Assembly: GCA_035221665.1 (NCBI GenBank)
Contig: CM069135.1
Coordinates: 33,232,001 to 33,296,000, forward strand
DNA length: 64,000 nt
Source: Okamejei kenojei
Taxonomy: Eukaryota
Direction of reading: 5' to 3'
Shown here: piece after piece, positions 50,567 through 61,755 of the stretch
Layout of the letters: every line of letters starts with the position of its first letter
Numbering within the stretch: position 1 is the first letter of the stretch
Translations under genes and position numbers: made by a program
The notes under the pieces: model-generated
Database searches by the model: none
What the model was told of the DNA's origin: nothing
What the model saw: only the letters and a program-made list of their open reading frames with translations

Positions 50567-52779
50567 AATATCTGGGGCCCTTCAGTTTTAAAAATACATG
50601 CTAAATCATTGGTATTATATTTAATATTCATATAATTTCCACCAGGGAACCTCCACAAAAAAATAAAACGGGCATAATTTGCATTAAAAAGACCATAAAT
50701 GATTTCCTTTACCCGAATCGTTGCTTCCAGACATGAGTTGCACACTTCATGATGGTAGATGTCAGCAAAGATTGCACCCATTGTGTTTTGGCGCTAGCAA
50801 TCGTGGGGAGCACAGTTCACCCTTAAGGAAGATAGTTGCCACTGAGGTGAGGGAATATGCAGGAGTGAAGGTCTTAGAAAGAGGGAGGAATTCAGTACCA
50901 TACCTAGACCCATCTCAGCAGTGTACAGTTGCAGCTAGTATAATGAGGCACAGCAACAAGTATGCAGAACAACAATACCTCAGGCAGGAAGGTGCTGCCA
51001 GCTACACATCAATGTCCTGGTGGGGACCCTATGATTCTCACTTCCTTGCCAAATTGCTGCTGGGATTCTTTCCTTGATTTACTAAAACTGACGGTTGTAT
51101 GTTGCTCCAATTTCTGTCAGCAAGCCATATACACTGATGACACCATTACATGTGCAAAAAAAAAAATGCTGCAAAACTTCAATTGCATTAAGTGAATCAT
51201 ACCCAGAGGTTCCTGGTCCAATCTCACGACTGCCAGAATTTCAAGAGGATATGGTCACTATCATGTTAAAACATGCATTATTGGTTTTTATGATGATTGT
51301 GCACAGCTAAATAATAGTTTAAAATATATCCAAATTCTAGTCTATAGCCTGTAGGGACTTCCAAGGTTTTTAGAGAACTATTGCATTGCTATTAATCAAT
51401 CAAATGTCTTTGCCTGTAAATGATCTTTACAAAATTAAAATCATGATTAAAACTATTTCATCTTTTGCATAATATGTCTCTGGAGTTAAGCTATTGTCAA
51501 TGTTTTCCATGGGGCTAATTTTAGTTTCACTTATTGGGAATGTCTTCTTTGCATCAGCTAATGTAGGTGTTAAATCATTCCATGATCAGGCAATTCCATT
51601 GCTGAACTGCTCTTCAGTGAGCAGTTCCTATAAATAGACAATGGTTTTTGCTGCGTTTTAATATGCAAAAGTACATCACTGGTAGGATGCGCAATATAAG
51701 TGATGTTGTGTAGGAAATGTAATCTACTTCAAAATAAACAACAGAACTGATCATTACATTTTCTTAAATTTATGGAGTTTTCTCACCTCTGCATACAGCA
51801 GTCTATATATGTTACCCAATCTGAGTGTATATCTACCATGCGCCAGCGACACACATCCATTTTAATTGTCTAAAGCACTGCTGCGCTATCGTATTGAATA
51901 TGCAGAATACATTTTTGAAATACAACCTCATTTCATCAATGCTATGATAAATTCAAATGATAAACGGGTGCAGCAGCTTAATAAAAAACCCACAAGAACT
52001 TAATACAGCTGTACGAACTCCATCAAACTAAAACCTTCCTGGGCAATTTATGGAAGTTTGCCCAAACATAATTTGACCGGAACAATATCACAAGTGACGA
52101 GCAGTTTGTTAAAGTGATGGCTTCAGGAAGCATTATAGAGGAGAGAGAGATTGCTCAGACATAAAAATATCAGAGAGTAATTAATGAACCTTACGTGCTC
52201 GAGACTTAAAGGTACAGCCCAAAGATAAAAACTGAGAACAAGCCACAACTGTAAGAAGGCAGAGTTGTCGGAGTGTGGCAGGGCTGGAAAAGTTTGTGAA
52301 GACAGGGAGATGCAGGACATTGATAATAACATAAAGTGCTGTTGGAAGAGCAACCATTCGGTGAAAGACACACTTTAGTCTACCCAAAGCCTGTTGGTGT
52401 TCCAGTGCAACAAGATCTCCATAAATGAATGCAGCCGACAAGCATATATCTGGCTGCATGAGTTTGCTGAAGGATGCACTGATGTTTGGTGCAGCCAATG
52501 CAAAGGTTTTGTGGGAGTGGACAGTAATCTAGGTTCCTGCTGCCACCAGATACTGAGCCCTGTGTTACTGCCCCACAAACACTTGAGGGAGTATTGTTCA
52601 AAAAGACCACATGAGTTGCTTTGGTGCTTTGTACATAAGGATGTACTGACTTGATTATGACAGCCATATGATTGTTTAGACATGGTGACACAATGAATAT
52701 AAAGAAAGCCATGTGCTGTTTTGTATTTCTTAAGTACATCTTTATTAATAAAGTTTATTTTTGAAATATAAATAATACA

Positions 52780-53320
52780 TGTGGAAAATGTGAGGTCCTC
52801 TGTATTTCACCCAGAGTGGTGGATCTTGGAATCGTTTACTATAAAGTACTCTGGAGGGTCAGTCATTTAATTGATTACAAATAGAGACTTGTGGATGTCT
52901 TAGATATTTAAGTCATACAGCCATACCGTTATGCAGCAGAGTAGTAGGCCCTTTGGCCCACATTGTCAATGGTGATCAAGGTGCTTGTACAGTACAGGAA
53001 TTGGCCCTTATGCTCACAATGTCCATACTAACCATGATGCTGTTAAATTAATCTTTGCCTACACGTGATCAATATACCTCCATTCCCAACATATCTAGTC
53101 AGCCATACAGCATAGAAACAGGCCCTTTGGCCCAACTTGCATACTAACCAACGTGTCCCATCTACATTAGTCCCACCTGCTGGCATTTAGTCCATATACT
53201 TCCATGTGTCAGTCTCAAAGCTTTTAAAATGCCACTGTCCAATCTGCCTCCATCACCACCCCTGCCTACGTATTCCAGATACCCACTAATAACAGTGTAA
53301 AAAAAAATCTGCCCCGAACA
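52780..53320. mobile_element. Cluster of decayed CR1 3' tails
   Basis: Repeated aggccctttggccca...catactaacca motifs (52946, 53120) and ttcacccagagtggtgg. Confidence 0.6.
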
Positions 53321-53321
53321 C

Positions 53322-54364
53322 CTGCCTGACAGATTAGAAACACACTTCAGGAGTCAGGTGTGGTTTTGTCAATGACCAGTGTCCGCAGAAGACTTCATGA
53401 ACAGAAATACAGAGGCTGCACAGCAAGATGCAAACCACTGGTTAGCCGCAAAAATAGGATGGCCAGGTTACAGTTTGCCAAGAAGTGCTTATAAGAGCAA
53501 CCACAGTTCTGGAAAAAGGTCTCGTGGACAGATGAGACGAAGATTAACATATATCAGAGCGATAGCAAGAGCAAAGTATGGAGGTGAGAAGGAACTGCCC
53601 AAGATCCAAAGCATACCACCTCGTGTGTGAAACACGATGGTGGGGGTGTTATGGCCTGGGCATGTATGGTTGCTGAAGGTACTGGTTCACTTATCTTCAT
53701 TGATGATACAACTGCTGATGGTAGTAGCATAATGAATTCTGAAATGTATAGACACATCCTATCTGCTCATTTCAAACAAATGCCTCAGTGGCCGGCAGTT
53801 AATTCTACAGCAAGGCAATGATCTCAAACACACTGCTAAAGCAACAAAGGAGTTTTTCAAAGCTAATGAATGGTCAATTCTTGAGTGGCCAAGTCAATCA
53901 CCCGATCTGAACCCAATTGAGCATGCCTTTTATATGCTGAAGAGAAAACTGAAGGGGACTAGCCCCCAAAACAAGCATAAGCTTAAGATGGCTGCAATAC
54001 AGGCCTGGCAGAGCATCACCAGAGAAGACACCCAGCAGCTGGTGATGTCCATGAATCGCAGACTTCAAGCAGTCATTGCATGCAAAGGAAATGCAACAAA
54101 ATACTAAACATTATTACTTTCATTTACATGACGTTGCTGTGTCCCAAACATTACGGTTCCCTGAAGTGGGGGGACGATGTATAAACACTGCTGTAGTTTC
54201 TACATGGTGAAACCAAAATATATAAAAATGGCCTTTATTAAAATCTGACGATTTGTACTTTAACCTAATGTGATTTTTTTTTCTATTACATATCTCAAAT
54301 TGTGGAGTACAGAGGCAAGTAAATAAATGATGGGTCTTTGGCCCAAACATTATGGAGAGCACTG
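53322..54364 (+). mobile_element. Tc1-family transposon, 5'-truncated, with pseudogenised DD34E transposase and right IR/DR end
   Basis: VRRRLHEQKYRG..WTDETKIN..VKHDGGGVMAWAC..NDLKHTAK..LEWPSQSPDLNPIEH..LQAVIACKGNATKY* (stop about 54107), with internal stops and frameshifts. Ends ...GAGCACTG followed by TA. Direct repeats of cccaaacatta. Confidence 0.93.
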
Positions 54365-54625
54365 TACCTGCATTGAGGAGACAATTAAACACACTCGAGC
54401 AATTACAAACACCTGTGAAGCCATGTGTCCCAAACATTATGGTGCCCTGAAATGGGTGGACTATATATTAGCACAGCTGTAATTTCTATATGGTGAAACC
54501 AAAATGTATAAAAATACCCTTTAACAGAATCTGTGCACTTTTTTTGTTACAAATCTCAAGTTGTGGACTACAGAGGCAAATAAATACATGATGGGTCTTT
54601 GTCCCAAACACGGGGGAGGGCATTG
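54365..54625 (-). mobile_element. Second Tc1 terminal repeat with a different inner flank (probable left end, inverted)
   Basis: 54425-54625 is homologous to 54138-54364. The inner flank on the minus strand reads ggacacatggcttcacaggtgtttgtaattg...aatgcaggta. Confidence 0.8.
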
Positions 54626-54684
54626 TGTGAACAGAATAAAATGGTGCAGTGGTCCCAAGTTTTGTCAAGGCTAATCTATATATT

Positions 54685-54703
54685 TGGCCACAAGGTGGTG
54701 CAC
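54685..54703 (+). promoter_or_regulatory. Candidate CTCF site
   Basis: TGGCCACAAGGTGGTGCAC compared with consensus TGGCCACCAGGGGGCGCTA. Motif match only. Confidence 0.4.
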
Positions 54704-55234
54704 TGGAGCGGCATATGTTGTCATTGAATCTTGTTACTCTCCATTTCAGCACCACAGTCAGATGACCTGGATGACATTTGGAACTCGTTACTTTGAGGAA
54801 ATTCACAGGTTCTATTCTATATTTTACTAACTTGTCATCCACGATTATATTTAAAACATTTGTAATTAAGGTCTTTTGTGCCTTATTTCATGATCAGTAT
54901 GCTTTGTGTATGTATGAATGAATAACATGTTGTGGCTCCCTCTCTAACTTATAAGTAACCTGACAAGATCCTAGCGATCTTGTGATGGTCACTCACTAAT
55001 GACTTTTAGAATTTGAAATGTTCTATCTGATTCAGAGAAAAAAAAATCTCAAAAGCAAAGTTTGAATAATTTGATGAATCATCTTCGATTCACCTGTTGT
55101 TGCTGGTGAAGTTTTTAAACATTCAAAACTGGAAAAAAACGTTTATTATAAGCAGCTAAACATTTGTTCATTTGTTTCAGTTGAGTACCTTCATATCTGT
55201 AGGCTTCAAAATCTAAACGTCTGCATTTTTTCAA

Positions 55235-55410
55235 ATGCTGGTTTCTGGTTTATACCAAAATTAGGCACGAAATGCAGGAGTAATGCATTGGGTCTGGCAT
55301 CATCTATCGAGAAAATGGACAGGTGATACATCGTCACCAATGGATAGGTGACTGAGACTAGAGGAGGGTCTGAAGAATGGTCCTGACCCAAAACATCACC
55401 AATCCATCCT
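55235..55410. repeat. Decayed Penelope-derived repeat
   Basis: gggtCTGAAGAATGGTCCTGACCCAAAACATCacc at about 55365-55400, preceded by an inverted arm. Confidence 0.6.
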
Positions 55411-56318
55411 CAGTTTTTTAATTTGATTATCTGATAATAAAATTGATTTTTGTCCTTGAAATCTATTGATATCCTTCTCTGAAATGTTTCTACAACATAC
55501 AGTACAAAGCATATTCGGAGATATTATATGACTGTAAATTGCACTAAAGGTTCTGCTAAATCATGACATGGACAAAGGTAATTGCTCTGAATGCTCTAGA
55601 ATTAATATTACAGAGTGAAATCTCCAGACAATATTTCCTTTTGTTTGTTATTAAACTTGAAAAGCCCATGTTGCTAATTGATATTAAACAATGAAGCTTT
55701 CCACACAATTAAAGATGCAGATAAACTATTTAAGGCATTTTAATTTAAATATCATGTTTTCATTCAATTATGCTACCCAAAATATTGGGGTTTTTTAAGT
55801 GCAAATTGAGGAACTATATTGAAAACAGAGTCATTCAGCAAAATAATCCGTATTATTTTGAAATAATTCCAAATTTCAGCTTTGCGTTAAGAGGGGTTTT
55901 GTCAAACTGAAACAGAGTTAAGTTATACAGCACGGAAACAGGAATTTCCACCCAACTTATCCATGCCCAACAAATTCAGATTTGTCAGCATTTGGCTCAA
56001 ACCTTTCCTGTCCATGAACCTGAAATGATGAAATGATTTAAGTTGCATCTTTTTCTGCAGCTGGCTGGTAATGCTGTTTTTGATTAGCTTAATAGAGGTT
56101 GATTTGCTATGTCAATCTTTTCTCCAGCTTGCCTTTTGTTCAATGTGGTTGAACGTTTTACTGCCCTTGGCCCTCTCCACTCCCAACCCCAAGCTGGTAC
56201 CTGACAAGATTCAACTGATGTGCACAGTGGTACACAGTGGTGAATGATGGAGATTCTGGAACTTGAGCAAGTGACCTTTTCAGTCAAGAATCAAAGCAAG
56301 TATTGAGCAGACTGATTT

Positions 56319-56625
56319 CAGTTTAGTTTAGAGATACAGTGTGGATACAGACCCTTCGGCCAAACCGAGTCTATGCCGACCATCGATCACCCGTACACTA
56401 GTTCTATGTAATCCCACGGTCACACCCTACACAACAGCAGGAATGTACAAAAGCCAATTGACCTAGAAACGTGCATGTCTTTGGAGTGTGGGAATTAACC
56501 AGAGAACCTGGAGAAAACCCACACAGTCACAGGGAGAATGTACAAACTCCGTACAGACAGCACCCGTAGTCAGGATCGAACCTGGGTGGCTGGTGCTGAA
56601 TGGCAGCAACTCTACCACTGCACCG
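56319..56625 (-). mobile_element. HE1/V-SINE-like SINE
   Basis: agtttagtttagagatacag...gtacaaactccgtacagacagcacccgtagtcaggatcgaacc. Confidence 0.87.
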
Positions 56626-56999
56626 ATCTTGCTTTATTTTCCATAGACTTCCCTGGTCAATACCAAAGGAGTGTTTTGATTAATGGTCAGGCATGAATTG
56701 AAATGTTAAAAATCTGGACAATATACTCCATCTTAAATGTTAACTGATGTTTCATTGGTCAGGCCTTTTATGTATTTTAACATATATTTGGTCTTTCATT
56801 TCATCTCTCCAGTGCTCATTATTTTTATTTTTATCTTACAGAAGACAGGTTGATAATTTAAGGTGAAACATGACAGGTATATTAAGGAAGTGATTACCTC
56901 ATTTTCTGCCTATTAACTTTAGATTTGTCAATTCTGTTTGGAAGGATTCTTGGAGCCAAACATGATCTCCCATCTCCAGTGACCTCAACATATAAGCTC

Positions 57000-57135
57000 A
57001 ATCTAAAGAAGGGTCTCGACCTGAAATGTCACCCATTCCTTCTCTTCAGAGATGCTGCCCGCCCCGCTGAGTTACTCCAGCATTTTACGCCTATCTTCAG
57101 TTTAAACCAGCATCTGCAGTTCTTTCCAACACATA
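57000..57135 (+). repeat. Penelope-derived repeat with a mutated hammerhead core
   Basis: CTAAAGAAGGGTCTCGACCTGAAATGTCacccattcc. Confidence 0.75.
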
Positions 57136-59040
57136 TACCTGTAAGCTCACCACTTGTCTTCTGGCTTTCCCCCACATCACAAGGACACTGAGCATACATT
57201 AATTGGGAAGTGAATAGACCCCTCAATTCTCTCAATCTTTCTTCCAATCAACCAATATTTTTTAGAATAGGGTACTATTCAAATAAAATTGACAAGTACC
57301 ATGCTAAATAATGTAATAAAGTAGCCCCCTAACCCCCCCCCCCCCCCCCCCCCCACCTTGTCACTCACAAAAGTGCTTTACCAATTATTCACAGATTAAT
57401 TTGTTATGAACAACACGATGCAAGGTTTAAATGCCCACTTCCTTTTTATCCCTGAGTGTTTCTAAGAAATGGTAATTGCTTATGAGATGGTGAGGCCAAC
57501 ACATTTTAGACGTTGGGTTGGAAACGACTTATTCTGTTCTTTCCTCATTCACTTGTGTAACATAATATAATTTTGGAGGTGTAATTTAATCTTAAATACT
57601 AGGTAGAAGGTTGCCATGAGCAGATTGGTAGCCCATAAAACACCTCATCAAAATTTGCTTTCTGAAGGTATCAATAGCAAAGCAAATCAGATTAGCAGGC
57701 AGCTGATCCCCTACTGCAGCTCAGTGCCCAGCACTCAATGTTCAAAACTGCCCTCTGGAGTGTGACTGACAGATGCTAGAGGCAAGACTGTTGGACATAT
57801 CTCTTTGCAACTCTTCCATGGAAATCCTCACAGTGACAACACAGCTTTGAGAGAAAGTAGAAGGGGGTGGCAGTGGAGTTGGGGATAGGGACAGAAAGAG
57901 AGATTTTTGAGCACCAGTGGAACAATTGTTCAAGTATCACAGTGATATACAGAAAACAAACTGAAAGCTTTTTGAAGTGATGTTATCTTTAAATCTTTCA
58001 TCTTAAAGCACGTGTATTCCTCAGGTGACCAAATTGATTGTGTATTAAAACAAAATTTGTGCATTAAGTGTATTAATCCAGAAATCAAAGTAAAGGACCA
58101 AGAACTATCATGTAGCTGCCAACAACACTGAAAAGAATAAAGAAAACAAAGCAACCAAGTGCCATTTTTACCAAGCTCGAGTTTAAAACCAGATTATTGC
58201 AGAAGGAAAGTAAGAAGAATCCAGCTCTCCTGGCTGCAAGGGAAAAGCTTAAATTTTAAAATGGATCATGAAAAAAACCCCATAAATATTATACCAGATA
58301 TTAATGAATGCAGTAAACTGATGCTTTGACTGATCAATTACAGGAATCTCATCATCAGCACATAAGCCTGATCTTGTAATTCATCAAATTTTAGTGGTAT
58401 CTTAATACAGGTGCAGAGTTTATAACCACAAACAGTATTTGATATGATAAAAGAAAGACATCCTTGCCTTTTAAATAAATGTACACCACAAATTGATGTC
58501 TCCTTCTCCTGAACACAGGAAAATTAAATTAAAAAAATCTCCAATCACCAAAATACAGTAGATAGCCCCTTAAAACAGGCACGAGAATTACAATGCATGA
58601 GTAGTTCACACCTGATCTTATCAATTTCGAATGCCAACTTCATACAGTCTGCACACTAACATGATGGGTGCATGCACACAGTGTGTTGCCCTGTAGTTAA
58701 CAGGGGCTCCAATAATGGTAAATGCCGGTATTATGTTAAAGCCAAACTGTTCCTCCTAATGATGGATGCTGCTTTTTGAAAATAATGATACGGCTTGGCA
58801 CAGAGCAGGCACCATAACTTTCCATCACTTCAGAGTTGAGAAAATGGGAAGTTGGCGCCTTCCAGTACAGTGGGTCACGTGGATTCCAGTCAAATTCTCT
58901 GAGGATAATTGCTTCAAGCGCCAGTGCAAGGAATCAAATCTCCAAGGATCTGAAAGTTCAATGCCCTCAAAGGTTGACAAGTTGATAGTCATGTGCCACA
59001 TCCCATCATTTGCGGCCACTAGACAGCCTGCCGGAGTGGT

Positions 59041-60555
59041 TGTGGTGCCTTCAAGACCACATTGGTTTTGCATGCAGCCCGTCACCACTGGCAACTCGCC
59101 AGCAGCCTCACGAGAAGGTCCAGCCACAGAGATCAATAACAACTCCTAGGTCAGACCACTAATTGGCCTGATCTGCATGCAGGTTATGATTGGTGAGAAT
59201 GTACGTAAAAGGGGCTTCTGGAATAAACGTGACACAAGGTGTCTGGTTCAGCTAAGTGTTGTTCGTTCTTTGCTCTCAGTCGTGGGATTCAGTAGATCTA
59301 CAACTGGTGACCCCATTGCTAGACGTAACCTTCCACTTACTCCAGAAATGTATGACGATAAAAGTGACACGGTGTCAGTCGATGAAGTAAATCTCGATGC
59401 CCCAACTTTTTTGACAGCCAATGCAAGAACGTGGTTTTCAATACTAGAAGCTCGATTTCACTCCCTCAATGTCACGAGCCAATGGACAAATTCGGGTTCC
59501 CAGCAGCTTGTCTTCCAGAGCAGATCGCATGGGAAATAGAGAACGTGAAGAAATCCTGAAGAAATGACGCCAAACGACGAGCTTAAATCCACCATCTTGG
59601 AGCGAACGCAGCCCTCGAAGCAAGCCCGCATTTCGTTGCTGCTGGGGGATGATAATCTTGGTGATAGGAAGCCATCACAAATGCTGCGTAGTTTGCGCAG
59701 GACGGCGGTAGACAAAAAGCTTGACGGCGATGTCTGAACACAGACGTTTCTCCACTGCATGCCTACTCAGGTGCAGGGGCATCTGATAGGTATGTTTGAA
59801 TTGGCCAGCATAGATGAGCTCGCAAAACAGGCCGACATTGTCATGGAGACAACCTCTGCACTGCAGGTGACTGTGGTTAATGCAAGAACAGTAAAGCCGA
59901 ATAATGCACAGCGGGAACACCTGCAATGGTCTACGTGCCTGCTGACCTCCAACACTGCAAACATGTTTTGGTCCGACACGATACAGTCCGCCGACCTCTT
60001 CAGCAAGCATACAGATGGCCCTTACCAAGTCATCCAACGCCTACCCAAAAGTTTTGTGATCTACGGAACGGAAAAAAACTGACACCGTGTCCGTCGACCG
60101 GTTAAAGCCAGCATACGTCGAGAACCAACCGACTACCTCACCCACTGAACCGGCAAAGTCACAAGACCCCAACACTTCCAGTCAAAGACCTCCCACACTG
60201 CAGTACCAAACACGATCAAGCCATAAAATCAACCGCCAGACCGGTACGGGGCAGGGCAAAGCCAGGCAGGCGCCACCTTGTATGACTCGGTGGCTGAGGG
60301 GGGAGCTGTGTCGCCTTCATGCCCACGTTGGTTTTGCACACAGCCCGTCACCCAGCCTCACGAGAAGGTCCAGCCACAAGAGCGCAACAACAACTCCAAG
60401 GCCAGACCACTAATTGGCCTAATCTGCACACGGGGTTATGACTGGTGCGAATGTAGGTTAAAGGGGCTTCTCGAATAAACGGGGCACATGGTGTCTGGCT
60501 CAGCTAAGTGTCGTTAGTGCTTTGCTTTCTGTCGTGGGATTCAGTCGATCCTACA
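59041..60555 (+). mobile_element. Internally deleted Gypsy-type LTR retrotransposon (5' LTR 59041-59302, 3' LTR 60307-60555)
   Basis: Both LTRs are TG...CA. 4-bp TSD TGGT. PBS TGGTGACCCC (59305-59314, tRNA-Trp-like). PPT GAGGGGGGAG. Gag remnants PTFLTANARTWFSILEARF and LGDRKPSQMLRSL. Integrase tail GPYQVIQR...VSVDRLKPAY. Confidence 0.9.
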
Positions 60556-60559
60556 TGGT

Positions 60560-60860
60560 GGTGCTGGAGTCTACAGCGTGGAGGCTGTGGGCCTGGAGCT
60601 GAGCCTGGAGCTCGGGTGGGGTGGTGGTTCCGGCCTGCTGGTGGTCGGTGGAGAGGCGAGGGCCGGGCTCCACCTTTCCTTGATCATCGTTGCTTTTTGC
60701 ATATCTTTCATTGATTTGTTCTATGTACCTTCTATATCTCTCATATTCCTCTCTCCTGGCGCTCAGTCTGAAGAAGGGTCTTGGCCTGGAGTGTCACCTA
60801 TTCCTTTTCTCCAGGGATGTTGCCTGACGCGCTGAGATACTCCAGCATTTTGTGTCTTTC
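60560..60860 (+). repeat. Penelope terminal-repeat fragment with a decayed core
   Basis: cagtCTGAAGAAGGGTCTTGGCCTGGAGTGTCacctattcc...ctccagcattttgtgtct. Confidence 0.65.
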
Positions 60861-61639
60861 CTCAGACTCTGCTCAATGGACCACATTCATTTCATCCACT
60901 TAATTACAATTTCCATTACTCCGGAGTCATATCTTGCATGCACCTGTTCATTGCACCAATATTCTGCTGCCAGTTTTACATCCACATGTCAAGGTTTTCA
61001 CAGAGCACCTCGTGTTAATGCATTACTCACCTACTCTTCCCACTCCCTTGGAGAACAAGAAGTCGGCGCCAGTAGACTGGTGGGCGCCAGATTCAGGTCA
61101 AAGCTCATTGTACACGTTAATAAAGCAGAGCTCACTGTCCTCGCTGCAGCGATAGCCCGAGGCTGTTGCCTGCAGCATGTTTCCATCAACAGAAAACGTT
61201 GACACTCTACCTAATCTTCCATTATCATATCCCATTTATTCTTCATCAGACATTTATTTCCTGATTTATAAGTGGCAGATGGTGCAAGCCTTAACTCTGA
61301 GCTGCCAGGTAGCCAGGAACTGCAACTGGGCCAGATGGTGATGGACGAGCAGGAAGACACAGCCGATGACAAACACCATATCTCGCATTCACACTTGCTT
61401 TGCTTGGGCACAGGATCTGCAAATGGATGCCCGTTGTCAAGGATCAATAACACAATTGAAACCCAGGAGGCATTGCCACACTTAACTTCTGCTGCAGAGG
61501 TTTCAGGTGAGCACTTCCATGGGACGGGCTGCAAAAGAAGATTGGTAGCTGAATGAAGGGCTTAATACAGCCACCAACTGATCAGAGTGGGTTGTGTTGC
61601 ACCTGAACTGGATAGGGACCAATACCCTGAATGGATATT

Positions 61640-61755
61640 GAAAGAACTGCAGATGCTCGAAAAATCGAAGGTAGACAAAAAATGCTGGAGAAACTCAGTG
61701 GGTGAGGCAGCATCTATGGAGAGAAGGAATTGGCAACGTTTCAGGTTGAGATCCT
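61640..61755 (-). repeat. Penelope-derived repeat arm
   Basis: gaactgcagatgct...aaatgctggagaaactcagtgggtgaggcagcatct...aacgtttcagg. Confidence 0.7.
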
